Source: Tubulanus polymorphus (lineage: Eukaryota > Animalia > Nemertea). Taken from it: a DNA stretch of 64,000 nucleotides. Of the stretch, positions 48,201 through 58,916 are shown one piece after another. The position numbers and the translations under genes are program-made. Location: the NCBI RefSeq assembly GCF_964204645.1, contig NC_134031.1, forward strand, positions 13,689,807-13,753,806, in the 5' to 3' direction. The notes beneath the pieces were generated by a model, which was not told the origin of the DNA, did no database searches, and was given only the letters and a program-made list of their open reading frames with translations. How positions within the stretch are numbered: the stretch's first letter is position 1; every line of letters begins with the position of its first letter.

Positions 48201-49069
48201 AGTTTGTAAGAGTTTGTGCGGTTCGGTCGAGAGCATTCAGTCCTGCCTTTTGCTTGTGACCGCTGATATCTGTAAGGATAATCTTCTATTGTGAGAGGAT
48301 ATAGAAAATAAGAGATTAAAAAAGTGGGGAAGAGGAAAGAAATTAATAGTGCAGATTTATTTGGGATTGACGATTGGTTGTTTGAAATCATGATTAGAAT
48401 ATGAGATGGGACGATAGGTTCGTATTTAGAGAGTAAAATCCAATTGTGGTTGATGAATTGTTTTTTGAATATAAAATGGAGCATGGCAGTGAATGACGAG
48501 TTCCAGGAAGCTTGTGTTCTAATCTTGTTTGCCCTATGTTTTGGACATTGCGAGAGGAGTGCTAGAGGTTCTGTTAGAATTTGGTGTTTCGGCTGATTGC
48601 ATACACTTATCGTATTCATACGCATGTTGCGTTATCGTCTTTTCACCCTCTGCCAGAGCTCTATTATGTTGAGTTTGTAAATACTTTGAGCGTTTTATTG
48701 GACAGCAACCGGTCCTTTTATAGCAAAGCTAATTTTGCGGACAAAATTCCGTTAATAGTATGGAAGGATTTTACAAAACAAATGCGTTACCAGGTTATCA
48801 TAAAAACATACTACATACAGTGTTTAAGACAGTCGGGGTGACATTAATTATCTAGTTATTTTTTCAGAAACATTGTCTCTAATCATTCAGACTTACTGGC
48901 AACAAACTCACTGAGCTGAGACTATATAACAATGCCTATTTTGCTTTGTTATCGTTGCTGTTACCAACTGTACAGTGACTTACAGTGACTATAATATTGT
49001 ATATAATATTGGAATCTTTGATGGAGGGAGATTGATTTGAGATCTAGCCTTGGAACCCGGTTCCTGAAC

Positions 49070-49190
49070 TTCGCTGAAAAAGCTGAATCACTGAAACGCT
49101 GAAACGCTGAAATAAAAACGCTGAAATTTCAGGGAATTTCCGAAAAACGCCGAAATTTCAGGGAATTCCCGAAAAACGCTGAAATCGTGC
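49070..49190. repeat. Short tandem repeats (ACGCTGAA; 29-bp aaaaacgcYgaaatttcagggaattYccg)
   Basis: Directly visible. Confidence 0.7.
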
Positions 49191-50514
49191 TAGGTACCAA
49201 CAATACACGTTTTGAAATATTTTCAGGGTCCGCTGCCTAGTCCTGAACCGTGTTTTAGTCTCTACCTTCGGTTACAGAGACACGCATGGACAGTATGTGT
49301 GGAGTATACTTCTAGAGGGCCACTTGTTGGACAAATTAATTCGCTTGAAATCCGGATTTTTAATGCATACAGGCAGCATAATGAGGAAAACCCATTCACA
49401 AACCGTGCAAGCCAACTTAAACACTATGCTCAATATTCCCTGCAAGACGCAAAATATCTTATTTGAACGTTCATGTATAAAACATGGAGCAAATTTTCTT
49501 TTGTCAACACGTTGATGGGCGACGGACTATGTCACTATGGTATTCTCTGAAGGAGGTAAATTAAATTTGACAGCTAGTTATATAAATGATGCAGCTTTTG
49601 GACAAAAGGGATCTAACTAAATTTTTTTAATTCACTGTGGAATGGAATGGAATGGATTGACGCCAATGGCATGCAGTAGGCCCCTACGTATGCGTCATAC
49701 TGATTAGCGTCAACCAATTAATCTAAATCGGGCAAACCATTCAACAACTGTGAATAATTTATTTGCTGTGGCGTGATAATAATTAATTTTTTTGAAGAAT
49801 TGACATACCAACTGTTAGAAAAATGTACCGATTCTTATTTTTAGACTACTACTGAATCTATAAAAGGAGGAGTCATAGACAAAGTTGATTTGCTTAGCTG
49901 GAGACACTTCTTGTCAAGTACATCATCTCAAGTACTGGGTGTTTTGTAAGTTTAATTTCAGTATTTATTTACTAAGTGCTGTTCTCTCGGACCTCAGTGC
50001 TTTCAAACTAGGCCCACCCAATAGGCTATATAGTCCAGCGGTGTTGTCATATCGCGGAAAGACGGAATCGCGGAATTTTCCAAAAACGCGGAATTTCTTC
50101 ATTTTTACTTTGAATAGTTAGTAAACGGGTTTTCCCACGGGGATACCCACTGTCGGACAGGGCACCGGACCGATCGATGCAACGACTTAGGTTCGAATCC
50201 CATTACTTGCAGGCAATTTTATATGGAATCATTATATTACGATACCGTTGACTGGCTGCCACCTGTAGAAGAAGTCAGAATCAAGTGAGGTGAAAGAGAC
50301 CAGGCACCTAATGTCTATTTCTACTAGGCAAACTTCGGTTATCGAAGTTCATCGACTTTTTGAGAATTTCAGAAGCGAATATTATCGGATAAATATTGAG
50401 CACGTTCGCGGTGTCGGACCGTAGTTGTAGATGGTTGCAAACATGAAATCCTACGACCAAACAAGTACCGGTTCAAATTCCTTTGAAATTATTATAATTT
50501 TACGGCCGTCCAGT

Positions 50515-50701
50515 AGTAATAGGGATAATAGGCTTTCATACCAAAGGTCGAAGGGTCGAGCTCGTAAAAAAATGAAAATAATAATTTACAGTTGAATTAG
50601 TCGCGCACACTCCTAATTCAACTGTAAATTATTATTATTTTCATTTTTTTACTCACTCGCCCCTTCAACCTTTGATACGAAAGCCTATTATCCCTATTAC
50701 T
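50515..50701. repeat. Terminal palindrome, ~86-bp imperfect arms with a ~12-nt loop
   Basis: agtaatagggataataggctttc...gttgaattag / ctaattcaac...gaaagcctattatccctattact. Confidence 0.9.
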
Positions 50702-50781
50702 CTTAAAATATTCACATAAATGAATAACATTTAAATCATTGAACTTCTAAAATCAATTTTAATAAAAAATATAGTATTAAA

Positions 50782-51021
50782 ATGGAAGCAAATAAATACT
50801 ACTGCCCAACATGTAATATCGATATAGATAAATCCCAAAAAGCAAGACACAATAAAACTATAACACATTTAGAGAATAAATTGAAACTAGAGTATTCAGA
50901 ACAGTTAACAAAAGGAAAGAAATTTATTGAATTATGGAATAATGATCCAAATAATGAACAATACGTTGAGGAATTTGATATCAAGGAATCGAAACAACTT
51001 ATCAAAAGCAGTGAGGAATGA
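50782..51021 (+). CDS. Small C2H2 zinc-finger protein, 79 aa
   Basis: YYCPTC-x11-HNKTITH. Confidence 0.65.
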   Translation: MEANKYYCPTCNIDIDKSQKARHNKTITHLENKLKLEYSEQLTKGKKFIELWNNDPNNEQYVEEFDIKESKQLIKSSEE

Positions 51022-51098
51022 AAAAGGATGACGTTGGTCGAAGAAATGGAAGAGGATTCTAAAATTATTAACCAATTTAATAAAAATATATATTTTAA

Positions 51099-51899
51099 AT
51101 GGAAAGTACACAAACTATAAATATAAACAATAATGGTGTAATAAATATATGCTATAAGAAATGTAATAAGTGTGAATTGAATAAATCATTAACAGAATTT
51201 CATAATCATAAAAAAACTAAAGATGGTAAAAATTGTTATTGCAAAACTTGTTATAAACTATATAATAAACAATATCGAGCAAATAATCCAGAAAAATATA
51301 AAGAAAAATATAAACAATGGAGAGAAAATAATCCAGAAAAATGGAAAGTTTATAATAAACAATGGCGAGAAAATCACCCAGAATATATGAGAGAATGGAG
51401 AGAAAATCACCCAGAATATATGAGAGAATGGAGGGAAAATAATAGAGAGAATATTAACAATTATCAAAATGAAAAATATCAAACAGATCTAAATTTTAAA
51501 ATAAAAAAATGTTTGATAAATAGATTAACACAATTATTCAGTAAAGACAGTCACTCATACACACTATCTAATTTACTAGGTTGTTCGGATGAATTCTTCA
51601 AATCATGGATAATATTTCAATTCGATGATAAAATGAATATAAATAATTATGGCAATTATTTTCATATTGATCATGTGTTGCCTATTTCTAAATTTGATAT
51701 GAATGATGAATATGATAAAAAGTTAATATGGAATTGGAAGAATCTAAGACCTCTTGAAAAGAAAGAAAATATGATTAAACATGACAAACTAGATTTACAG
51801 TTATATTTGAATCAACTGGATAAAGCAAAGAAATTTATTGATCAATGGAACAATAATCCAAATAATGAACAATACGTTGAGTTTTTAATGAGTGGTTAA
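51099..51899 (+). CDS. HNH-type endonuclease-like protein with a Cys4 zinc module and WRENxPE repeats
   Basis: CNKC...CKTC; HIDHVLP...NWKNLRPL...N..K, the pattern of large-DNA-virus HNH proteins. Confidence 0.75.
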   Translation: MESTQTININNNGVINICYKKCNKCELNKSLTEFHNHKKTKDGKNCYCKTCYKLYNKQYRANNPEKYKEKYKQWRENNPEKWKVYNKQWRENHPEYMREWRENHPEYMREWRENNRENINNYQNEKYQTDLNFKIKKCLINRLTQLFSKDSHSYTLSNLLGCSDEFFKSWIIFQFDDKMNINNYGNYFHIDHVLPISKFDMNDEYDKKLIWNWKNLRPLEKKENMIKHDKLDLQLYLNQLDKAKKFIDQWNNNPNNEQYVEFLMSG

Positions 51900-52146
51900 A
51901 GAATAATATATCTCAAATAAAATATAATAAAAATTACATACCTTCAACTATCTATTATTTCTATTTTAATTTTTAATATTTTCTTTTCAAAAAAGAATAC
52001 TTTATATTTTGAATAGATCCGAATAGAAATTCTTTAAATTCAAATAGCTAGTATCAGTAGTCAATACTAGAATTCTTTAACTTTAACTAGCTAGTATCAT
52101 TTTATAATACTTATAATACTATTCTTATTAAATTTCTCTAATATAA

Positions 52147-52749
52147 ATGTCAAAGAAATCTAATAAGAATAGTATTGATATTGAAAAAACATTAGATGAT
52201 TTAGGTATTAGTGATAATAAAGATACAGTTGTTTCTAATTCTATTCAAGTTAATAACAATATAGATTATGAATACTATTTATATTGTAAGCACCATCTTG
52301 AATTATTAATTGCTGGCGGGAAATCTAAGGAGTTTTTAAATAGAATCATTACTTTTCAAGAACTAGATGCTATGAAACCCGATCAAGTAATAAAATATTT
52401 TAAGATTTATGAAGAGTCAAGATTAGCTAGAATAAATGATTCTATTTCTAATGGTATTGTCAAATGTTATTCAAAATTATGTAACCAGTTAATACCAATT
52501 GATGATGAAAATAAATTATATAATGATTTGAAAAATGACTATTTAGTTATGACTGAATTACAAAAATGGGTCGGTTATGCTTCATTTCAATTAGGATCGG
52601 TTATGACATTGATTTCTACTGGAGTTATAACATTTTCGAATATCAAACCTATGGAATATAAATCAGGTAAGAACGAAACAGATGTACTACAACCAAACGT
52701 CGAAACAGAAAATGAATCAGAACAAAAATTAACTAAAATAAATGAGTGA
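52147..52749 (+). CDS. Polinton hypothetical protein, 200 aa, with a C-terminal hydrophobic segment
   Basis: Long ORF with a TAAATG start that overlaps the next gene. Confidence 0.7.
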   Translation: MSKKSNKNSIDIEKTLDDLGISDNKDTVVSNSIQVNNNIDYEYYLYCKHHLELLIAGGKSKEFLNRIITFQELDAMKPDQVIKYFKIYEESRLARINDSISNGIVKCYSKLCNQLIPIDDENKLYNDLKNDYLVMTELQKWVGYASFQLGSVMTLISTGVITFSNIKPMEYKSGKNETDVLQPNVETENESEQKLTKINE

Positions 52750-53101
52750 TAGCGTTAAGAAAAAGCCTAGATCAGAGAAACAAATTAAATGGGCAAGAGA
52801 ATTAGGTAAAAGATCATCAGAATTAAAAAAAGCTAAGAAAAAGAAATTATCTGATATAAATGAATCTGATGGTATTGATTCAAATAATAATCCATCTGAT
52901 TCTTCTAATGTTGGAAGTAATTATAAATTATATATTACAATTGGATTAGTAACAGTTATTATATTATCCGGTGTAATATATAAATCAAAATTCAAATCTG
53001 ATGATAAAGATGATTCCAATGATGATAAACCTATTATACCAGAAAATAAGTCAAATCATAAATCAAATGAAAATAAATCTAAAATATTATTAATGGATTA
53101 A
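52742..53101 (+). CDS. Basic N-terminus, single-pass membrane protein, 119 aa
   Basis: KKKPRSEKQ... N-terminus; TM segment LYITIGLVTVIILSGVIY. Confidence 0.7.
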   Translation: MSDSVKKKPRSEKQIKWARELGKRSSELKKAKKKKLSDINESDGIDSNNNPSDSSNVGSNYKLYITIGLVTVIILSGVIYKSKFKSDDKDDSNDDKPIIPENKSNHKSNENKSKILLMD

Positions 53102-53104
53102 AAT

Positions 53105-54193
53105 ATGATGAAAAAAGAACAATATTTGAGAGATTTATATTATAACCCAGAAAGTGAAGTATCATATTCAAGTGTTTCGGAATTATGGGATAAAATTAAA
53201 TCTGATAAAGAAAAAATAAAATATAGTGAATTAAAATCATGGTTACAAAATCAACCCACATATCAAATTCATAAAAAGATGGATAAAAAATATTTAACAA
53301 GAAAAGTAATGGTTTCATATATCGATCAACAATGGCAAGCTGATTTAATTGATATGAAGAACTTAGAAGAATACAACAAAGGATATTTCTGGATACTGAA
53401 TGTTATAGATATATTCAGTAGATACGCATGGAGTATCCCGATTAAAAATAAAACTGGTATAGAAGTTACAAATTCTTTCAAATTAATATTTAAAGAAGCT
53501 ATTCCAGATAAGATACAATTTGATGAAGGTAAGGAATTTTATAACAAACATTTTAAAAAACTATTAATTGATAACGATGTAGAATATTTTTCAACACATT
53601 CAGATAAAAAAGCATCTGTTATAGAAAGATTTAATAAAACATTGAAAACTAGAATGTGGAAATATTTCACCGCTAATGAAACATATAAATATATCGATGT
53701 GTTAGATGATTTAGTGAAAGGTTATAATAATTCTAAACATAGTTCTATAAATATGAAACCTATACAAGCTAGAAAAGAAGATAATTCGGAAATAGTTTGG
53801 AATAATTTATATGGCGCATTTGTTACACATGATTTTGGAGAACCTAAATTTAAAATAGGACAACATGTTAGAATTTCTAAATATCGAAAAACATTTTATA
53901 AAGGTTATACCCCTAATTTTACTGAAGAAATATTCAAGATTAAAAAGATAATATTAACTAAACCATTTGTTTATAAACTAGAAGATTTAAAAGATGAAGA
54001 AATATTAGGTTATTTTTATGAACAAGAATTATCATTAGTACCAAATCCAGATGAAATAGAATACAAAATAGAAAAGGTATTGAAAACAAAAACTCTTAAA
54101 GGAAAAAAGTATTCTTTGGTGAAATATAAAGGATATGATGATAAATTTAATGAATGGATTTTATCTAGTAAAATTAAAAGAATAAATGAATAA
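53105..54193 (+). CDS. Retroviral-like (rve) integrase with a C-terminal chromodomain
   Basis: WQADLID / QFDEGKEF / IERFNKTLK form an intact DDE triad; YKIEKVL...LVKYKGYD...NEW is chromodomain-like. Confidence 0.95.
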   Translation: MMKKEQYLRDLYYNPESEVSYSSVSELWDKIKSDKEKIKYSELKSWLQNQPTYQIHKKMDKKYLTRKVMVSYIDQQWQADLIDMKNLEEYNKGYFWILNVIDIFSRYAWSIPIKNKTGIEVTNSFKLIFKEAIPDKIQFDEGKEFYNKHFKKLLIDNDVEYFSTHSDKKASVIERFNKTLKTRMWKYFTANETYKYIDVLDDLVKGYNNSKHSSINMKPIQARKEDNSEIVWNNLYGAFVTHDFGEPKFKIGQHVRISKYRKTFYKGYTPNFTEEIFKIKKIILTKPFVYKLEDLKDEEILGYFYEQELSLVPNPDEIEYKIEKVLKTKTLKGKKYSLVKYKGYDDKFNEWILSSKIKRINE

Positions 54194-54800
54194 AGATTTA
54201 TTTATATTTGAACCACATAATATGTTAGTTACTGGAGTTACAAATTGTGGTAAAACACACTTCATATTAGATTTGTTAGAAACTATTTATAAGAATCATT
54301 TTGATAATATAATATTATTCTGTCCTACATATGAAATGAATGAAACGTATAATAGAGATATAGTTTTTAAAGATAAAAAGTTTATTATATTAAATTCTAA
54401 AACAGTGAAAGAAAATTTAGATAATTGTATAAAAATTGCATTAGATATTTTTAAAGGATCAAATACATTATTTATTATTGATGATTGCGCAAATTTACAT
54501 GATTCTAAAATTAGAGAAAGTGAGTTATGTTATTTAGCTTTCTCTGGTAGACATTTTGGGATAACAACATGGGTTTTAAATCAAAAATATAATTCAATTG
54601 TTAAAGACTTTAGGGAGAATATAAGATTTCTAGTTTTATTCTACAACAAAGATAGAAAATCTATGCAACAATCATTGGAAGAAAATCAAATTATACCTCC
54701 TGAATTACATGATGAATATATGAATAAATTAAAGAATAATAAAGGTTCAAAATTATTACTGAGATTACAATTTCCATATGAATACAAATTTATAAAATAA
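54186..54800 (+). CDS. A32/FtsK-like genome packaging ATPase
   Basis: Walker A GVTNCGKT, Walker B FIIDD, and SGRH...Q motif. Confidence 0.92.
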   Translation: MNKDLFIFEPHNMLVTGVTNCGKTHFILDLLETIYKNHFDNIILFCPTYEMNETYNRDIVFKDKKFIILNSKTVKENLDNCIKIALDIFKGSNTLFIIDDCANLHDSKIRESELCYLAFSGRHFGITTWVLNQKYNSIVKDFRENIRFLVLFYNKDRKSMQQSLEENQIIPPELHDEYMNKLKNNKGSKLLLRLQFPYEYKFIK

Positions 54801-54822
54801 CTATTTGTATACCTATGTATTA

Positions 54823-54885
54823 GATACCCTAATACCTGATACCCTAATACCTGATACCCTAATACCTGTTACCCTATTAGATACC
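54823..54885. repeat. 15-bp tandem repeat (GATACCCTAATACCT) between the convergent gene blocks
   Basis: Three exact units and one degenerate unit. Confidence 0.85.
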
Positions 54886-54935
54886 TTAAATAATTTAAAC
54901 CCCCTTTTTTTATTTACTATTATTTTATACAATTT

Positions 54936-55880
54936 TCAACCTTTATTATTTTTGAGTGTTAGATAATCAATTTCTGAATCACTTTCACTATCAGATGACT
55001 CTAACAACATATTTAAATGCTCTACCGAATCTACATTAACATCTTTATAATTTTTTTTCACCTTTTTCACCTTTTTCACCTTTTTTTCCTTTTTTATCTT
55101 TTTTACCTCATCATCAATAGTTGTTTCATTTTTTAACTTATTCTTCCAATCAAATTTATTATTATTTTCTACTTTAAGTTTTATAGAATCTTTATTATCA
55201 ATATGTTTAACTGTAACTATATCATCATGTGGGTCATGTGGGTGTATGGCATCATTTTCATTATCATCTTTATTAGTGTTTGCTCCTAATATTTCATTTA
55301 CAGTGTTTGATCCTAATATTTCATTAGCATCGGTTAAATCTAATTCATCTTTATTAGGTGTTGCTGATAATAAATCTTCATACATTTTTTCACCATTTAC
55401 TTTTTTATTTGAAACAAACTTTGTAACATATCTAAATGGGTGTTCTATAAATTCTTTTTTACCAACACGTTCTATAACATTAGTAATATGTGAATTTGTA
55501 TTCATATGTTTATTCCAATTTGATGGAGCGTTTGAAAATTCACCATTACAATAACCACAATAATTTCTATTTTCACTAACATCTAATATTATTGCATTAT
55601 TTGATGTAGAAGGTATTATATTATTTGATGTAGAAGGTATTACAGATGTAGAAGGTATTATATTATTTGATGTAGAAGGTATTACATTATTATCAATTAC
55701 ATTACTTAAATTATCAACAACACCACTTTTATTATTATCGATTTCTATCAGTTTAGTTTTATAATTTTTAAAAATAGGATCAAATATCAAAGCTATATTA
55801 CAAGGTATTACATAATATAAACCATCATTATTTTCATGTGTATCGATGTAAGGAATATGTTTATATACTTTACCTTCCAT
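54936..55880 (-). CDS. Hypothetical protein with a U1-like zinc finger, IPSTS repeats and a Lys-rich tail, 314 aa
   Basis: YCGYC...WNKHMNTNSH; TAAATG start. Confidence 0.7.
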   Translation of the reverse strand: MEGKVYKHIPYIDTHENNDGLYYVIPCNIALIFDPIFKNYKTKLIEIDNNKSGVVDNLSNVIDNNVIPSTSNNIIPSTSVIPSTSNNIIPSTSNNAIILDVSENRNYCGYCNGEFSNAPSNWNKHMNTNSHITNVIERVGKKEFIEHPFRYVTKFVSNKKVNGEKMYEDLLSATPNKDELDLTDANEILGSNTVNEILGANTNKDDNENDAIHPHDPHDDIVTVKHIDNKDSIKLKVENNNKFDWKNKLKNETTIDDEVKKIKKEKKVKKVKKVKKNYKDVNVDSVEHLNMLLESSDSESDSEIDYLTLKNNKG

Positions 55881-55912
55881 TTATTATATATATTTTTATT
55901 AAAGTTAAAATT

Positions 55913-57160
55913 TTAATACATAACACTATCTAATTGTGAATTTATAATATTTAATTGTGCGTCAGATATAATATAAATATGCATTTTAAAATTTTTGATT
56001 CCCTTTTTCTTTGTCATGAATAATTGTATTCCATCTTTTGTATTTTGTAATTTTTTCCCAGAACCATGTAATGAATTATCCTCTGTTGTTCTAAAATCTA
56101 ACCATAATGCAAATTTATTACCGGTATAATAATCAATTTGATTAATGTTACAATTTTCAGATGATTTTACTTTTTCATTCATAAAATGTTTTTTAATTTC
56201 TACCCATTGATCTATCATTCTCATTCCTTGACAAAATATTTTATTTGCTATTCCTTCGATAGTTATTTCTACTTTTGTTATTTCAGGATTATAATAATTA
56301 TCAACATTTATTGCACCATTAGTATACGTTCCAATGGTAAAAAATATTAATATACCTTTAATAGATCTTCTAGGAAAGTTAATATTCTCATTAATTATTT
56401 CATCATTTGCATTAATAGTTACAGTTTTAAATTTATCAATATAATCATATAATAATGAAAATCCTTGATTGTATTGAGTTTGAATTATACTTGAAATATT
56501 TTCATCAGTTACTGTATCATATTCTAAACATATATTCGATAATTTATAACTCATATCTTTATTAACGCTAGATAATACAATTTCATTTACAGGAGCAAAT
56601 GTTATCTCAAATATAATATCTTCTTGAATTGCGTATTTATATAAAGGTGCATTATTATTTATCAATTCAAAGTCTAATGGAATTTTATATTTGCTTCCAT
56701 ATATACTTTTTATCAATTTATCTACATCATTTGTTAATATTGCGCTATTAGCTTCTGATCTTAATTTATTTTGGTTTTCTGATTGGATGCCTTGAAATAT
56801 CATATTATTTCTATTTTCTTTAGTTAACCATAAATCTTTATAATGCATAAATAAATTATAATCATCTAATGAGAAAACTGTTTCTGGACCAATCTTTATT
56901 GTTAACTTTTTAATCAAATATCTTCCAACATTATCAACGACATAATTATTATTATTACCGATTACTTTTATATCGGCTGATAAATAAATACTGTTTGGAA
57001 CATAAAAAGTATTTTGTGTTAATCTAGGAATTCTAACATATAAAGTTTCATCGGGATTAATATTTGAAGGGTTATGAGTAATTATATGATGTGATCTTTC
57101 TGCTTTAATAGCATTAGATATTCTAGAAATCTTAGAGGGACTTATATAACTCCCACTCAT
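55913..57160 (-). CDS. Probable double jelly-roll major capsid protein, 415 aa
   Basis: Size, beta-rich pattern, HNPS.I.P...LYVRIP.L N-terminus typical of invertebrate Polinton MCPs, and genomic context. Confidence 0.75.
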   Translation of the reverse strand: MSGSYISPSKISRISNAIKAERSHHIITHNPSNINPDETLYVRIPRLTQNTFYVPNSIYLSADIKVIGNNNNYVVDNVGRYLIKKLTIKIGPETVFSLDDYNLFMHYKDLWLTKENRNNMIFQGIQSENQNKLRSEANSAILTNDVDKLIKSIYGSKYKIPLDFELINNNAPLYKYAIQEDIIFEITFAPVNEIVLSSVNKDMSYKLSNICLEYDTVTDENISSIIQTQYNQGFSLLYDYIDKFKTVTINANDEIINENINFPRRSIKGILIFFTIGTYTNGAINVDNYYNPEITKVEITIEGIANKIFCQGMRMIDQWVEIKKHFMNEKVKSSENCNINQIDYYTGNKFALWLDFRTTEDNSLHGSGKKLQNTKDGIQLFMTKKKGIKNFKMHIYIISDAQLNIINSQLDSVMY

Positions 57161-57205
57161 TTATTTAACAAAAAAAATTAATTATTTATTTTTTGATATC
57201 ATAGT

Positions 57206-58900
57206 TTACTTGATATTTTTTGATATCATATTTACTAAACCAAAAATAATAGCACTTACAACTGTAATTAAAAATAAAATAATATGTTCAGCAGCAAAGT
57301 TAATAATGTTTCCTGCAGATTTCAATATAAAACCAACAATTGAAGCAATAATTCCTGGTAAAGCTGCAGCAGATTTCTTTGATAGTTCCCATAAATATTT
57401 TGCTAATTTCTTTAAACCATCCTTAACTTTATCTTGTATAGAATTATTACCTGGAGGTTTATCTGGTTTATTGGGAGTGGGAGTAGGAGTAGATTTCAAA
57501 GCATTTGATATAGCTAAACCAATTGTTGTAAATAACATAGTTACAGCTGTTAGAATTGAAAGAATTGTTATTCCTTCTAATTTAAATAATAACTTTATTC
57601 TGTCTTTTAATGATATTTCAGAATTTGGTTTAATCAATAAATCTTTAAAAATAACTTTTAATCTATTTATATTATAATCATATGATTTTAACAATAATTT
57701 AATTTCTTCTTTTTGTAATTCTATGTTATATTCTAAATCATCTTTTTCTTTTTCTAAATATGCATTTCTTTTTTTAAATTCAATTTCTTCAATAACTTTA
57801 TTATCTCTATCTAATTTTAGTTGTTCTATTTCTTTATTTTTATCAGTTAATTCTTTTTTTAAAGTTCTAATTTTAAAATCTCTTATACTTTTATCATGCG
57901 CAATTTTATCAGCTGATTCTTGCGTACCTTTAATTTCTCTACGTGTTTGTTCAGGAAATGCTTCTAATTCATCATCAGTTAAATCAAATAATCCTTTTTC
58001 TAGTAAATATTGCAGTCGATTTATTCCAGTACTATTCATTTCTTCTTCTGAATCTCTTAATCTATCAATTTGTTTTTCTAATTGTAATTTACTTGAATCA
58101 TTATCAATTTGTTGAGTGTCTCTTCTCGATGTTTCGGGTGTTGAAGATCTTAATCTATCTAATCGATTTCTATTCTCTTCCATTTCTGGATCAAAATCAG
58201 TAGGATTTGGATTTGGATTTTTAAATGGTGAATATTTGTTTATATCAATATTAGGAATTGGTTCTTCTTCATTTATTCTATCGATTGCATTCCATATAAT
58301 TCTGAGAAATTCTCTACCACCTTTTGAACCTTCAATTGTAGATAATGCTCGCATTCCGGGTTCAAAAATATTTTCTTGACCCATTCTAGATAATTGAATT
58401 GATACAGTATTCCTATTTAATTCAAGATTATAATACCATGAATCATTTTTAAATTCTAAATTATTCGTGAAATATGGGTCATCTTTAAAAATTTGTTCTA
58501 CAATATCTTCAGTATCAATTTCATCTATTACAACTTTTGGTAATAGTTCGTTAACAATTGTATCTGTTACTCTAGATTTCATTTTATATAATTCCATAGG
58601 TTTATCAGGATATTTTTCTTGTTGTTCTACTAATAGTTTCATAAATTCTTTTCTTTCTGTTCTAGTTGAAATTCTGCCCCTTTCAGGAGCTTCTAAATAT
58701 TTATTTAATTTTTCACGTAATTCGGGATCATCATCATAATCATCATCATAATCATCATCTTCGCCTAAATTAGTATTATATGCTGATTCATCATCATTAT
58801 CAATATTAGTTTCTGCATCATTATAATCATCATCAATATATCCTTCATTATTATTTCCCATTTCTCCCATTTCATAATCTTCTCCACCTTCTACATCCAT
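57206..58900 (-). CDS. 564-aa protein: acidic N-terminus, long coiled coil, several C-terminal hydrophobic or amphipathic helices
   Basis: GITILSILTAVTMLFTTIGLAI; LPGIIASIVGFIL; IILFLITVVSAIIFGLV. Confidence 0.8.
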   Translation of the reverse strand: MDVEGGEDYEMGEMGNNNEGYIDDDYNDAETNIDNDDESAYNTNLGEDDDYDDDYDDDPELREKLNKYLEAPERGRISTRTERKEFMKLLVEQQEKYPDKPMELYKMKSRVTDTIVNELLPKVVIDEIDTEDIVEQIFKDDPYFTNNLEFKNDSWYYNLELNRNTVSIQLSRMGQENIFEPGMRALSTIEGSKGGREFLRIIWNAIDRINEEEPIPNIDINKYSPFKNPNPNPTDFDPEMEENRNRLDRLRSSTPETSRRDTQQIDNDSSKLQLEKQIDRLRDSEEEMNSTGINRLQYLLEKGLFDLTDDELEAFPEQTRREIKGTQESADKIAHDKSIRDFKIRTLKKELTDKNKEIEQLKLDRDNKVIEEIEFKKRNAYLEKEKDDLEYNIELQKEEIKLLLKSYDYNINRLKVIFKDLLIKPNSEISLKDRIKLLFKLEGITILSILTAVTMLFTTIGLAISNALKSTPTPTPNKPDKPPGNNSIQDKVKDGLKKLAKYLWELSKKSAAALPGIIASIVGFILKSAGNIINFAAEHIILFLITVVSAIIFGLVNMISKNIK

Positions 58901-58916
58901 TTACATAATAAAAAAA

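Noticed and set aside
47490-48690. Decayed LINE 3' fragments on the minus strand
   Set aside because: Only a weak WNS..FKK resemblance; not enough to call.
50150-50485. tRNA genes (GGTTCGAATCC at ~50190, GGTTCAAATTCC at ~50469)
   Set aside because: B-box-like words only; no cloverleaf could be folded.
55246-58739. Plus-strand ORFs opposite Polinton genes
   Set aside because: Antisense shadows of biased-composition genes, mostly with non-ATG starts.
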